DNA from: Lama guanicoe
Taxonomy: Eukaryota
Assembly: GCA_013239625.1 (NCBI GenBank)
Contig: MU053493.1
Span: forward strand, 1,559,793-1,623,792
DNA: 64,000 nucleotides
Direction: 5' to 3'
Shown here: piece after piece, positions 1 through 12,700 of the stretch
Numbering within the stretch: the stretch's first letter is position 1
How the letters are laid out: each line of letters opens with the position of its first letter
The notes under the pieces: model-generated
Seen by the model: the letters and a program-made list of their open reading frames with translations, nothing else
What the model was told of the DNA's origin: nothing
Database searches by the model: none
Position numbers and translations under genes: made by a program

Positions 1-410
1 TTTACACACGGGATCAGACAACCAAGAATCCCCATTCATTTGAAGGAGATCAACAGTTTGCTAAAGAAGAACCAGACAGACCCTGAAGAAAAAAGGATAA
101 CACAGGAATCAGAAGAGGACATTAAAGTAAGTATAATTAACATCCTTTGAGAGGTTCAACAGGATATTAGAAACAGTCCGATGGTGAGTAGACAAAAAGA
201 AAACACAGAAAAATCAGTACTTTTCCTATATATCATTAAGAACTAGATAGCATTTGGAGCTGGCAACAAAAATCACAGATAATCAAGGCATAAACTTAAT
301 CAAATTCTGGAAGACCTACCTACAGATTTTAAATTGTATTGAAGAACATACATTGAAAGATGTATTACACTTCCTGCCAAGCCTCGGTATTATAAAAATA
401 CTGGGCACAT
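1..410 (+). mobile_element. Highly degraded ancient L1 fragments (ORF1-like, then ORF2-like)
   Basis: A-rich sequence with L1-like phrases (aagtataattaacatcctt; aaaatcagtacttttcctata; ggcataaacttaa); no intact frame. Confidence 0.45.
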
Positions 411-799
411 CCCAGGGACTTGTTCAAGACCTGGGACACGATCATCCTTTCGCGCCCAATTTCCCTGTATCACTGGGATTCTCTGCTCAGATGTCACCAC
501 GCCCACTTCCAGATCCACTTCCTGTGTGGGCTTCTTCCCCAGCCCTGGCAGGGGTGGGGAGAAGCATCCGGGAAAGGGGGACAGGAGGTCAAAGGTGGAG
601 CTTGGACTCGCCAGCTGCATGTAAGACCTGCGCTGTTTTAGAGGGTTTAGCTAACATCTAGCAAAACCTCAAATGCACAGTTCCTCTTCTAGGAATTTTC
701 CATTAGTTGCAGAAAAGAGCCCGTTCTTAGTGGAAAAGCCATTCGTGGAACTATAAGCAGAGAAAAGCAGGAAAGTCTACTGGATAACTTGCAGGCTCT

Positions 800-1000
800 C
801 GAGCCAGGCTCCAAACTGGACTTTATCATTAGGTTGCTGTGTGAGCCTGGGCAGGTGGCTTAACCTCTCTGTGCCTCAGAGAAGCTCCTCACATGAAAAA
901 TGGGAATAGTAGTAACAAAACTCAGCGTTTTGTGAGGCTCCAAAGAGTTAATAAATGCATAATACTCAGCCCAGTGTTTGGCATTTGGTGAACACTCACT
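800..1000 (+). mobile_element. MIR SINE
   Basis: MIR core: tgtgtgagcctgggcaggtggcttaacctctctgtgcctcag...aaaatgggaatagt...ttgtgagg. Confidence 0.8.
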
Positions 1001-1729
1001 ACCCACTGGGTCCTATAATGCCCTGACCCATTTCTATACAGAGCACATTTATATGCATCCCTGCATGTTGATACGTGCCCCAAACTGTACAAACTGGACC
1101 GTTTACAGTGGTCGCCTGGAAGCGGGGGTGAGCATGGAGGAAGGGGGTCAATGTGGATGTCCATCCTCTTATGATGGGTCTACTGATAAATTCTTCCCGC
1201 TTTCTCTAAAAAGTACTAACTCATGTAGGTAGGTACTTAATAGGTGCAGTATGTAGGCGGATGGACAAGAGCTGAGCAGACAGAGCCCTGGGACACTAGG
1301 CCTTTCTCCCGTCCCACGGGCCACCCAAGAGTAGGCGAGGGGGTGGGTGCATGGAGGGGGGCGCCTCCCAGTGCCGGGGCCGTGACGTCTAGCATCGCTA
1401 GTCTTCCTTCCCTGCGCTTTGCTCCACCTCCTGGGGCCCAAGTCCCCCAAGTAGACACAGTCACTCGGTGAACAGTGATCTCATCTAAAAATACACAGCC
1501 TTCAGGAGGATCCAGGGTCCATTAACCTGGCTTCGTGCGAACAGCCGGCCAGGTGCTGTTTGCGGGAAGGGGGCTGGCAAGCAGAACGCAGGGGATGGGG
1601 ATCAGGCACCAGTCTGAACCCTGGACCCCTTAGGCGCTAGAAGGCAGGTGCACCCGTCACCCATTTCATTTCCTCCAGGGATGGCCTGGGGCCCGGGAAA
1701 GATGCAGGGGTGCGGTCTCCGGAGTCCAT

Positions 1730-1985
1730 CTTCCTCCCACTCACCCCTCCTCCCCCTCCTCCTTCCCCCACCCCTCCTCCCGCCCCGCCATCCTCTTCCC
1801 TCTTCCCATCCCCGGCCCCTCCTCCTCCCCCTTACCCCTCCTCCTGCCTCGCCCTCCTCCCCTTCCTCCTCCACCCGCCTCCGGACCTCACCCCCTTTAT
1901 CTTCATCTCTCCATCCCCTTTCTCGCTACCCCTCTTTTCCTTTCTCCTGTCTCCTTCTTCTCCCCCTTGCCCTCTCCCTCCCTCC
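1730..1985. repeat. C/T-rich low-complexity polypyrimidine tract
   Basis: About 250 nt almost entirely C and T (ctcc/cctt units). Confidence 0.9.
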
Positions 1986-2470
1986 GTCCGGGTAGCAGAG
2001 GTGGGTGGAGCTGCCCGGTGCTCCCGCACCTGCTCGGCGGCCGCGTGTGTTCTCTGCCTAGGGCTCCGCAGGCGGGAGGGAAAGTGGGTCAAGCGTGGGG
2101 CTCAGAAAGGAGCCCGGAGACCCGAGGCCCCTGCCAGGCGCGGGACCGGGAGGCGGCCTCCGCGTAGGACGCCGAGGATGCGGGGCAGCTGCGCCCTTTC
2201 CCCCCGCCCCCCACCAGCCAGCCGGCGGGGCCCGAGACCTGCCCTTAGCGGAGCCGGACTCCCGGGGCGCGACCGCCTCTCTCCGCGCGGGACCGTCCTG
2301 ATGGGTCCACTGCGCCCTGCACGCCCGCACTTCTTCAGATCCCACCCAGTCCGAGGTCTTCCCCTCCGGGATGTGGTCCCCGCCACCCCTCCCTGCCCTC
2401 TAGTGTCAGCCGCGGGCCTCCGCAGCCTGGAGTCCCAGCCATTGAGCTCGCCTCTGTGAGCACTTCTTCG
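1985..2470. promoter_or_regulatory. Small CpG island-like segment (orphan; no exon recognised)
   Basis: Very high GC with many retained CpGs (gcggccgcg, gcgcgggaccgg, ccgcgcggg) against a CpG-depleted background. Confidence 0.6.
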
Positions 2471-3370
2471 ACACCCCCAGATCTTCTGCACAGGTGTGGG
2501 GGGCCCTGGGTCTGCTCCAGGGAAGCCTCCGAGGGTCTGATGCCTGGACGGCCCTCTTGACTGTCTACTACTGTGCCCTGCTCCTGCCAGTGGCCCTGAG
2601 GAGAGCTGAAGGTACTGTCCTGGGGCAAGGACTGGTCACTGGGACCATGGAGGTGACAGGGCCTTCCAGGCATCAGTCCCTTGGTGTCCCTCTGAGCAGT
2701 CTCCCACTCAGCAGACCTGCCCTGTCAGGGGCCCCTCGCTTCGTCCTTGTACATCTAGTGAACTTCCCCATTGGTCAGGGCCTTGAGGCTCTACCATCTC
2801 CCAACACACTCTGAGCTCTCCAGCTTTGGAGCGCCTCCAGGAGCCCAGCCTGGTCCTGGAAAGCCCTACCCCATGGTCACCTGACCCACATTTCACCTTA
2901 GCCCAGAGACTTTCTAAAGCCTCTCAAGAGAATACTTCTCCCTCCCCAGGCACCCCTGACTTGGTCTGCATCCTTCAGTGACCCTGGCAAGAGCTGGCGG
3001 GTCCGCTGCCTCTGGGAGGCTGGCCTCTATGAAGGCTGGGCCTGAGCTGAGCTTCTCACCTGGGAAGCAGGAGGCCTGGAGGGGCTCAGGGATTGCCAGG
3101 ATCACCCTGAAGGCTCCAGGCTTGAGAGGACTTTGTTGTGGGAACCCTGCAGTGACCACATCACCGTTCATGCACGTCCAGTGTGTAGTCAGCAGCAGTG
3201 CCCCACCACGGTCAAGTCTGGGGGACCCCTTGTTAATCTGAACCCAGGCCCATGGAGCTCACCTAACTGGTCAGCACTTGGGACCCCCCCACCACCACCT
3301 CTGGGCTCTCAGAAGGGCTGACATTGGCTCACAAGCCCTCCTCTAGTCCACTTAAGAGGACAGTTGGAAG

Positions 3371-3533
3371 GGGGGAGGGTAGAACTCAGTGGAAGAGCGG
3401 ACACTTAGCCATGCACGAGGTCCTGGGTTCCATCTGCAGTACCAACGTTAAAGACAAACAAACAAAAAAACCAATAAACAAAAAACAACTAATTGCCTCC
3501 CCACAAAAAAAAATCTTTAAACTTTTAAAAAAA
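3371..3533 (+). mobile_element. tRNA-Ala-derived camelid SINE (Vic-1 type)
   Basis: ggggagggtagaactcagtggaagagc...gaggtcctgggttc head, A-rich tail, degenerate flanking direct repeat. Confidence 0.85.
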
Positions 3534-4229
3534 GGATTGTTGGACGTGAAAGACTCCCACGATGAGAGGGGGAGGGGGCATGGGAAGAAAGGAGAGCTGA
3601 AACAGGCAATTGATAAAAGGTGACATTTTCAGCACCTGGAGAGGACACCCAGGAGTGTGGTCAGGGGCTGCTCTCCTGGGCATCCAGGCACCAAGTCGGC
3701 CAGAGCTGCAGACCCCAGGCCTACCCTTTCCCCTCATAGCTCTCCCTGTGGGGAAGTGGGGACAGAGGGGTCCCCCAGACCACTCCAGGCAGTCCCTCAG
3801 CCAGTCGGCACCAAAGTCAACCGGGCATGGGTGTTTTGGAGTGAAAAAAACCGCAAATGAATTGCAGCTAGGGCTCCCAAACACACCACCATCCCACCCA
3901 CTGACCCTTTGTTTCGAAAACTTTGTGTTCAATAAATGGCACTTACATAGGAAAAACTCTGTGCAACTTCTGAATGTGTTCCTTAGGAAGCTGGACAGGG
4001 ATCCAAGAGGACCCTCAGGGGAGGAAGAACCAGCCCCCGCCCCAACCCCCTAGGACATGTCCCCTGGTTACACCCGGCAGGGCTGGATTTGAACACCTTG
4101 CTTGCCACTAGAGCAAGGGCTGCCAGTCCCTGCCACTTCCTCTCCTCGGCGACAATGTGGCCTCCCAGAGCTCGAGCCCTGCCAGCTGGCTCCTATCCTC
4201 TAGGACCTCAGACAAATCATCGAACACAA

Positions 4230-4880
4230 ACACAGAGGCCAGCGGATCTCTCAGTAAACACCGCTCAGGAAAAGCAAGGCGGAGTTACGAGAAAGATTTC
4301 AATTGAGTCGAACTTGGTTTTTATTTGACTTTTTGGTCACAGGCCCAGTTATCACCTTTTAGAATCTTCCTTCCTCCCCGTAAACTCCAGCGGAGTTCTG
4401 AGGTTCAAAAGTTCTCAGGGAGACCGACACTGGTTAATAGGACTTGGAAGGGTCTTTTTCTTGAAGTAACCCTCCTTTAATGTCTGTTTACGGCCGGGCG
4501 CAGTCTGTGGTTTCATGTAGTAACGTCTGATAAAAAGATGCCCAATGTATCCCGGGGCAAGAGACAGCTAATTGCAGTGCTTAATTTTCCCATGTGATGA
4601 TTAATGAAAGCTTTGCTCATTTTGTGTGTGTGGGAAAGAGGTGATGTTACATGCGGACTTGAAAACTCTTTGGTGTCGCCATCCGGACACAGTGTGAGGC
4701 CGTGTTGGTTATCCCTGCAAGGGTTATTACGCATCTTTGAAAACAGACCAAGCTTTTGGGGCCAAACAGACTGGTGGGGCGTGGAGGGAGATATTCCCAG
4801 CCTGACTGTTACGTAACATCACACACATACATGACCAAACGTGTATTTCTTCCCCAAACACTAGGTAAACAATACACTCC
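4230..4880. promoter_or_regulatory. Candidate enhancer (non-repetitive, motif-dense)
   Basis: Forkhead GTAAACA/TGTTTAC at 4254, 4485 and 4865; TGATTAAT at 4598; CATGTGA at 4591; palindrome TGTTACGTAACA at 4807-4818. Confidence 0.4.
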
Positions 4881-5369
4881 AAAAATCAAGATCATTTGTC
4901 ATTAAAGGTCTCAGCATTACTCATGTCTTAGACCTGCCACAAGGCTTTTCTCAAGAAGGAGAAGAAACCATGCCTACCTGTACCGCTTCTCCTACAGAAC
5001 TTTCCTGCCTCCGAACACGTCGAGGGGATGGAAAGGCCCTGACCCAATGGTTGGAAGTCTGCTCAGAAATGAATCTGGCTATAACTTGGCTGTGTTACGT
5101 CGCAGAAATCACTGTCCTTCTCTGGGTCTCAATGGTCTTATCTATTAATGGACAGAAGGGTCATTTCCTTCCTCCTTTCTTTCCTTCCTCCCCGCTTTTC
5201 TCCTTCCCTCCATTCCTTCCCTTTCTTCTTTTCTGTGGATTTTTTATTGTGGAAGCTTTCCATCTCAAACATAACCAAATGTAGAAAGAATACCCCACTC
5301 CCAGCTTATTTTGAAGCAAATCCCTAAGCCTCCATCATTCATCTGTAAATATTTCAAAATTCTACTCCT

Positions 5370-5830
5370 TATCTATTCTTGTCTCATTGCTTGAAACAGC
5401 AATAATCTATTAGATCAAGATCCTAGGGGTTGACAGTTTGGGCTGAGACCAGCTGATGGTTCTTCGGTTGGTCCTTTCTGGCACTCTTCGTGTGACTTGA
5501 TTGTGGTTGGACAGTCTTTGATGGCCTCACGGGTCTGGCAGTGGGCCGGGGTGCCCCAGCTGGCTACATGGATCCTCCAGTAGGCTAGCTCAGGCTTGCT
5601 GTCACGGTCAGTGGCAGCATTCCATGAGTTTCCAGTGGCAAGAGAGGGCAAGCCCCAATATGCAACCACTCCCCAAGCCTCTGCTTGTATTGAGTTTGCT
5701 AACGTCCCATTTGCCAAAACGAGTCATGTGCCGAGCCCAGAATCAACGTGGGACGGGGAGAGAAATGTACAAGGACATAGAAATGGGGGCAGGAATCCAT
5801 TGGGAGCTATTACTGCAGAAATCTACCAGA
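5370..5830 (-). mobile_element. MLT1 (ERVL-MaLR) solo LTR inserted in an old L1 fragment
   Basis: MLT1-type phrases: caagcctctgcttgtattgagtttgctaacgtcccatttgccaaaacgagtcatgtgccgagcccaga. Confidence 0.7.
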
Positions 5831-6079
5831 GGAATATATTCCTAAAACACAAGGCTCCCCCCTACTTTTAACATAACCACAATTCTATTACCAAAGCCTA
5901 CCAAATTGACTACAAATCTTTAATATGGACAGTATCCACTCAGTATCTAGATTTCCCCAATTGTCACGTAAATCTGGAGAGATGGGAACCCTTTGGGCAG
6001 TGTTGATGGGAATATGGTAAACCTACTGTGGAAAACAGAATCAAAGAGTCAGTATGGTTTGTGTGTAACCATTGTTACC

Positions 6080-6281
6080 TTTTTTAATGGTTTTTTTTTC
6101 AATTTTGTTGGTTACTTTTTCACATTCTTTTTTTGAAGTCTTTTAAAAATTTAATTAATTTGTTTATTTGGGAGGGGTTAATTAGGTTTATTAATTTACA
6201 ATGAAGGTACTGGGGATTGAACCCAGGACCTCCTGCATGCTCGGCATGCACTCTACCACTGAGCTATACTCTCCCCACCCC
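6080..6281 (-). mobile_element. Vic-1-type SINE
   Basis: ggggattgaacccaggacctcctgcatgc...ctaccactgagctatac; TSD ccattgtta on both sides. Confidence 0.9.
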
Positions 6282-7759
6282 CATTGTTAAGTTTTATATG
6301 AGTGTATGCACTCTTCTACAGCGTAAAATATATTTATCATCAAAAAAAAGTTTTGCAAACCCTGGATTGGTTAATTCCAAAGGTTTCTTTGGGCACCAAG
6401 ATTCTGTGTGTCATTCTGTGTGCAGTTTACAGACACATGCCCTTGGCTTTGGAAACAAGCCCACCTCTCCCACTGGTTCTCAGGCAGCGCCCCATCCCTG
6501 GTGTTCACCGTCTCTAAGGCAGGGGACAGTGGAAGTGACAAGATCTGAAGGGTGCTGCTTTCTGCTACAGTGACCTTTTCTGGCCAGTGCTTTTATCTTA
6601 GCACCTGGGTCCATCTGCTTCCAGGATCTCCCACACCTTCTGCTGACCCATCAATGCTGCTGAAGCCACCATCAGAGCATCCCCAGAGAACCCTGAGGGT
6701 CCAGCAGTGCCCACCCTCAGACACTCTTCCCGGAGCTCTGTACTGTCCTACTGACTCATCGGAGGTCTTTCCAAGATTCTGCAGGGTTACGCCAGCAGGG
6801 CCCAATCGTTTATGGAGGCTGAGTCACTTCTGTGGGAATATTTGCACGTGAGGCCTGCAAAACTCTTAAAGCATGAGGGCCTCCTGACCTCACACCATTG
6901 CTTCTTGTACCAAATGTATTGGGAGACCAGGATCCCGGGAGAGGAATTGGAAGGAGGGGCGCTCAGCTTTCGTGCTTTCCTGTGACTGGTTCAGAGTGGG
7001 CACGTGACCCCGAGACCCGGAAGAGGAGGGTTTCCGGGAAAAGTTTCCCTTTACAGTGAGAAAAGCACATCACTTCCTTCCTGCTGGGGCCCCGCGGAGT
7101 GTGATGTGCTGTGAGTGCAGCCCCCTGGGGCCCACGGAGGAGAATTTGGAACGTACTGGGTGGACCAGGCAAACGCGCTGGCAGGGCTGGGCCTCAGGAA
7201 TCACCTGCAGCCACTCTCTCGAGCTTCTAGGGAAGGGACGCCCCCTCACTGACACCACCAGCCTGGTAGCCAGTGGCGTCTGGCTGAGTGGGTCCTGCTC
7301 TCTGTCAAAGGGACATAGGCAGGAGGTCCTCTGATAGGTCCCATGCTGTTCGCAGCTCGGGAGCTCCAAGGGTTTGGGGGCTTTGGTGCCTGCCTGGCAT
7401 AGGTGGGGAGGAAGGGTGCCCCGTCCACTGAAGTTCCCATCACAGTGGGGGTGAACAAGGGCAGTGCCGGCTGCTCATTTTGTAATTAGCAAAGGAGAAG
7501 GGGCTCTCTAGAAACGAGGGAAGTTGTAACAGTTCCAAGGACCTCTGACTTTGGTCTGAGCAGCTGCACCCTGTTGTGGTTTTATTGTCATCCATTGCCA
7601 CACGATCAGCGCCTTTAAGGTTTCACAGGTGCTGTCATTTGTGCAATAATAAGACTCTAAAGTCCTTGCAAGCAAGTTCAGCTGGAATACACAATTTTCC
7701 CGTATGCAATATAGGAATTATTTTCTAAAGTATAACTGCACTGCCTAAGGTCTTTTAGC

Positions 7760-8182
7760 CAGGTGGATCCTGGTTCTGTGTGGTTTGAAGATAATATGGT
7801 TATGAGACTCCTCAAAGACTTAAATGTTGCAAATACAAAATTAGGTATAAAAGTGAATCTTTAGAGTGAGAAAATAAATCACAACCAATGAGAAACTTTA
7901 AAGAGCTGAAGGGGGTTGGGTATAGCTCAGTGGTAGAGCATGTGCTTAGCATGTGTGAAGTCCTGGGTTCAATCCCCAGTACCTCCATTACATAAAAAGA
8001 GCTGAAATTGCCACAAACATTGTAAATCCAGAAATAGGATATTTTTAAAAAAGAACTGCCTGACATGATTATATGATACTTGTTTCTCTACATTTTTGGC
8101 TAGACTCTGATTACCTTCTTATACAGCTGTTTTTTGGTCATATTTTTTACAAAGTGTATGAATGACAATATTTTACATGCCT
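7760..8182 (-). mobile_element. hAT-Tip100 DNA transposon (Arthur1-like), terminal part
   Basis: Resembles recalled Arthur1 end (aatacaaaattaggtataaaagtgaat...aaatcacaac...aaatccagaaa); interrupted by a SINE and by MER58A. Confidence 0.6.
7911..7995 (+). mobile_element. Vic-1-type SINE (short-tailed)
   Basis: gggtatagctcagtggtagagc...ctgggttcaatccccagtacctcc; perfect TSD aaagagctgaa at 7900-7910 and 7996-8006. Confidence 0.92.
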
Positions 8183-8370
8183 CAGGCGTGAGCCAGCATT
8201 TCCTGTAAAGGACCTAGCAGTAAATGTATCAGGCTTCAGGGCCATGGGATCTGTGTCACAACTGCTCAAGTCTGTCACCGCCTTGTGAAAACAGCCCTTG
8301 ATCATATGTGAACAAGTGAGCATGGCTAAGTTCCAATAAAACTTTATTTACAAAACAGGTGCCGACCTGG
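8183..8370 (+). mobile_element. MER58A-like (hAT-Charlie) element, 5' part
   Basis: ctgtaaagg...agtaaat...ggccat...gttccaataaaactttatttacaaaacagg; the missing 3' end appears at about 15931-15965. Confidence 0.75.
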
Positions 8371-9039
8371 GAAATGACATTCGCAAGGTTTGGACACACA
8401 CAGATTAGGAAGCTGCAAACACAGTGAATTAACAACACTCTATAGTCCAAAAAGTCTTTATGAGAACTCCAGGAACCAGTTAGGAAGCCACAACACCCCC
8501 AGGAAGCTGAAAGCTAAGAAGCACTGCACTGAAACAGGTAAAAAAAGTCATTTCACTTAAACTCCACCAACCCTTCCCCCAAGTGGGCACAGCTCACCAC
8601 CAGGAGAACTTGCCCAACTCCCAGCTTCTCTTTTGGGAGGGCAAGAGTAGGACATACATCCAACATCCCAGCTTTTTAGGGGGCTGCCCGAGAGGCTGGT
8701 TTCTGTCTCCCTTGTCCCAGAGGCTAACAGAGAATCAGCATATCTTGGGTGCCTGGGGGACACTGAGGACAACGGAGAGCTTAGTGGCTTTTGGTGACAC
8801 CAGAGTGCCTCCCCTACCACACACAGACAGGGACACAGCTTGTTGTGATCAGGAGACAGTGCCTCACTCATGGTGTCTCCCTTGGGAGGGAAAGAAAAGA
8901 GTGAAATAAGTTGTCCCACATTCCAGCTTTTGGGGGATTGCCCAGGGAACTGGTTTCTGTCTTGCCTGACTCAGAGCCCTGATGGAACTAGCACAGCATA
9001 GATGTCTGGGGCCACAGAGAACAAAAAAAGGTCAGGGGG

Positions 9040-9700
9040 ACCAGTCACTGAGCCACCACTGAGGACTCGGCAGCTGCCCCTCGAGCCCCCTTGCCTGCCT
9101 TCTCCCGCCACCACCTTCTGCCGACCCTTCCCACAAGAACAAAAGGAATCACATTGTATTTCCACTATCCAGAACCTCTGGTCTCTCCACCCATTTACTG
9201 ATGCAAGTAAGAGTGATGTTCTGCTTCCTACTGGCACTGAGGATTATAACTGTACAAGAATTCGACGGAGTAACAGCAGGAAGACCCTTACTACTGTCCA
9301 AGGGTTCGCTGATGATTACAATACAAACTAGTGAAGATGTTCAAGGAGAAATTTGCCTGCAATGGTACTGTAATGGAGCATCCAGAATGTGGAGTGAATT
9401 CAGCCACGGGGTGACCAGCAAAAAAACATGTGCCAGTTCCTCACAGAGACTGGACTGACTGAGGATGACCAGTGGAAGGCTCCTGGGTTTTAAGTGCTTC
9501 TGTTCTGGCTCATTGAAGCTTAAGTGAGGATTTCCTTGCAGTGAGTAGAATTTCCATTCTGTCCCCTGTCATAAGTTTAAAAACCTCACAGCTTGTATAA
9601 TGGGACCATTTGGGGGTCAGCTTTGAACTTGGGCTAGTGTATCTCCTTCATGTAATAAACTGAAAATCCGAGCTCTGCAGGAAGAAAAAAAAAAAAAAAA
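9040..9700 (+). pseudogene. EIF1: Full-length processed pseudogene of eukaryotic translation initiation factor 1 (SUI1)
   Basis: Translation STIQNLWSLHPFTDASKSDVLLPTGTEDY...RKTLTTVQGFADDY matches eIF1; CDS remnant 9158-9493 with ATG>ATT and two small frameshifting deletions; both UTRs present, no introns; AATAAA 9654-9659, poly(A) 9685-9700, TSD aaaaaaa(g)gtcagggg. Confidence 0.95.
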
Positions 9701-12700
9701 GTCAGGGGTTTGATGCTGCTCCAGAGAACTTGCAATACTACAACCAGACACCAGAGGGAGCAAAAGACTACATGCTCCTGAGAAAGAGATCAGGAAACCG
9801 GTTACGGGATTACACAAACCCAGAGAGGTCACATCCCCACAAAATGTTTGAGAGGCCCTCAGAAGCTTTAGCCAGGCTGGCTGGTGAAGGTCTTCCTTGT
9901 ACAAAGCCAGTCCACAAAGACCACAAGAGATGATTGTTCTTTCAACTGCACAAAACATAGCAACAAAAACAAAAACAAAAATAGCAAGGTATGTGAAGAA
10001 ATCAGAAAACATGACCTAACCAAAGGAGCAAAATTAATCTCCAAAAACTGACCCTAAAGAAACAGAGATCTATGAATTACCTCAAAAAATGCAAAATAAT
10101 GATCTTAACGAAGCTCAGCACAATACAAGAGAACACAAGTAGACAGCTAAACAAAACCAGAAAAACAACGCGCAAACAAAATGAGAATATCAACAAAGGA
10201 AAACCAAACAGGAGTTCTGGAACTGAAGAGTGCAATAACTGAACTGAAAACTTCACTGGAGAGGATCAACAGCAGACTTGATCAAGCCGAAGAAAGAATC
10301 AGCATACTCTAAGACAGGTCCTTTGGAATTATTGAGTCAGGGGAACAAAAAGAAAAAAAAAGAATGAAGAAAAGTGAACAAGCCTAAAGGACATGTGGGA
10401 CACCATCAAGTGGACCAATATTCACATTATGGAAGTCCCAGAAGGAAAAGGAAAAGGGGCAAAAAAGCTTATTTAAAGAAACAATGGCTGAAAACTTCCC
10501 ACATCTGAGGAAGTAAATTGAATTTGAACATCCAAATTCAAGCATCTCTCAAGACTCCAGCTAAGATAAAATCCAGAGATGTACACATGAAGACACATTA
10601 TAATCAAACTGTTAAAAGTCAAAGACAAAGAGAGAATCTTGAAAGCAGCAAGAGAAAAGGGACTCATCACACACAAGGGACCTCCTAAAAATGTATCAAC
10701 AGATTTTCTCAGCAGAAATATTACAGCCAGCCAGATGGCAGTGGTATGACATATTCAAAGTGCTGAAAGAAAACACTGCCAACCAAGAATACTGCATCAG
10801 GCAAAACCGCCCTTCACAAATGGGGAAATAAAGACTTTCCTGAGTAAACAAAAGCTGAGGGAGTTCATCGTCACTAGACCTGCCTTATAAAAATTGTTAC
10901 AGGGAGTCCTTCAAAATGAAACAAAAGAATAACTACAGAGCAACACGAAAGCATACAAAATTATAAAGCCCTCTGTTAAAGGAAAATATATAGATGCATG
11001 CAGAATCGTGTCATACTATAATGGTGGTGTGTAAATCACTTTTAATTCAGATGTAGATTTTAAAAGATAAAGGCATAAAAAACTATAACTATAAAACTTG
11101 TTAATTGATTCAAAATAAAAAGAGATGTGATTTGTGACATCAACATAAAGGGAGAGGGAGAAATGTAAAGAAGAGTTTTTGTGTCTGATTGAAGTTAAGC
11201 TGTTATCAGTTTGAAACAGCTTGTTGTAACCATAAGATGTTTTATATAATCCCCACCATAAACACAAGGAAAACACCTATAGAAGATGCACAAAAGAAGA
11301 TGAGAAAGGAATCAAAGCCTGCCACTGTTAAAATAAACACAGAGATGTATCAAGAGAGGGACAAAATAGTTAAAAGACATACAGAAAACCATTAACTAAA
11401 CGGCATTAGTAAATCCTTCCATATCACTGATTAATTTAAATGTAAATGGATTAAGCTCCCCTTTCAAAAGACAAGGAGTGGCTGAAGGGATTAAAAAACA
11501 AGAGCCAATTATATTATCTACAAGAGACTCACTTTAGATATGAGGACATACAGAGGCTAAAAGTGAAAGGATGGAGAAAGATAGTCCATGCAAATAGTGA
11601 TCAGAAGAGAGCAGGCGTAGCCATACTTATATCAGACTAAATAGAATTTAAGCCAAAACTGTCATCAGAGACCAAAAAGGGACATTATATAATGGTAAAA
11701 GAGTCAACTTGTCAAGAAGATGTAATTATAAATATATATGTACCTAACAGCAGAGCACTCAAATACACAAACATTGACAGAATTAAAGACAGAAATAGAC
11801 AGTAACACCATATTAGTAGGAGATTTCAGTACCCCACTTTCAATAATGAATAGATCAACCAAACAGAAGTTCAATAAGAAAAATCATCTATTAAAAGTAC
11901 TTCAGATCATTTAGACCTAGCAGACATACACAGAACACTTCCACCCAACAACAGCAGAATATACATTCCTCTTAAGTGCAAATGGAACATTCTCCAAGAC
12001 AGATCCCAAGTTAGGCCACAAAACAAGACTTAACAAGTTTAGGAAGATTGAAATCATGCCAAGTATCTTTTCTAACCGCAACAGAATGAAACTAGAATTC
12101 CATAGCAGAAAGATAACTGGAAAATTCAGACATGTGGAAATTTAAAAGCACACTTTTGAACAGTTAGTGTGTCATAGAATAATTCACAGGAGGATCTAGA
12201 AAATTAGAAATGCCTTGAGACAAATGAAAATGAAAACACAACATACCAAAACTTTTGTGATGCAGCAAAAGCAGTACTAAGAGGGAAGTTTATTGTGGTG
12301 AATGTCTAAATTAAAGGAGAAGAGAAATTTTACATCAACAACCTAACAGTAAGCCACAAGGAACTAAAAAAAGAAGAAGAAGAACAAACTAGATCCAAGT
12401 TAGCAGAAGAAAAGAAATTAATAAATACTAGGGCAGAAATAAATAAAATAAAGAATTTAAAAAATAGAAAAATAAAACTAAGAGTTGATTTTTGAAAAGA
12501 TCAAGAAAATTGATAAACCCTTAGCTAGAAAAAAGAAAAAAAACAGAGAAGACTCAACTAGTAAATTTCAGGAATGAAAGAGGAGATAGTACAACTGAAG
12601 CCACAGAAATAAACAGGATCATAAGAAACTACTATGAACAATTATACACCAAATAGTTGGATAACCCAGAGGAAATGGATCAATTTGCAGACACATATAA

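Noticed and set aside
1710..2459. 249-aa Pro/Arg-rich ORF
   Set aside because: Product of a low-complexity C/T tract and a GC-rich island; non-ATG start and no recognisable domain
2494..2814. ORF containing TVYYCA (immunoglobulin/TCR V-like)
   Set aside because: No first Cys/Trp framework, no leader, and no heptamer-nonamer RSS downstream
7911..7995. tRNA-Ala-like sequences with A and B boxes (11 copies)
   Set aside because: They have TSDs, A-rich tails and mismatched stems, so they are SINEs, not tRNA genes
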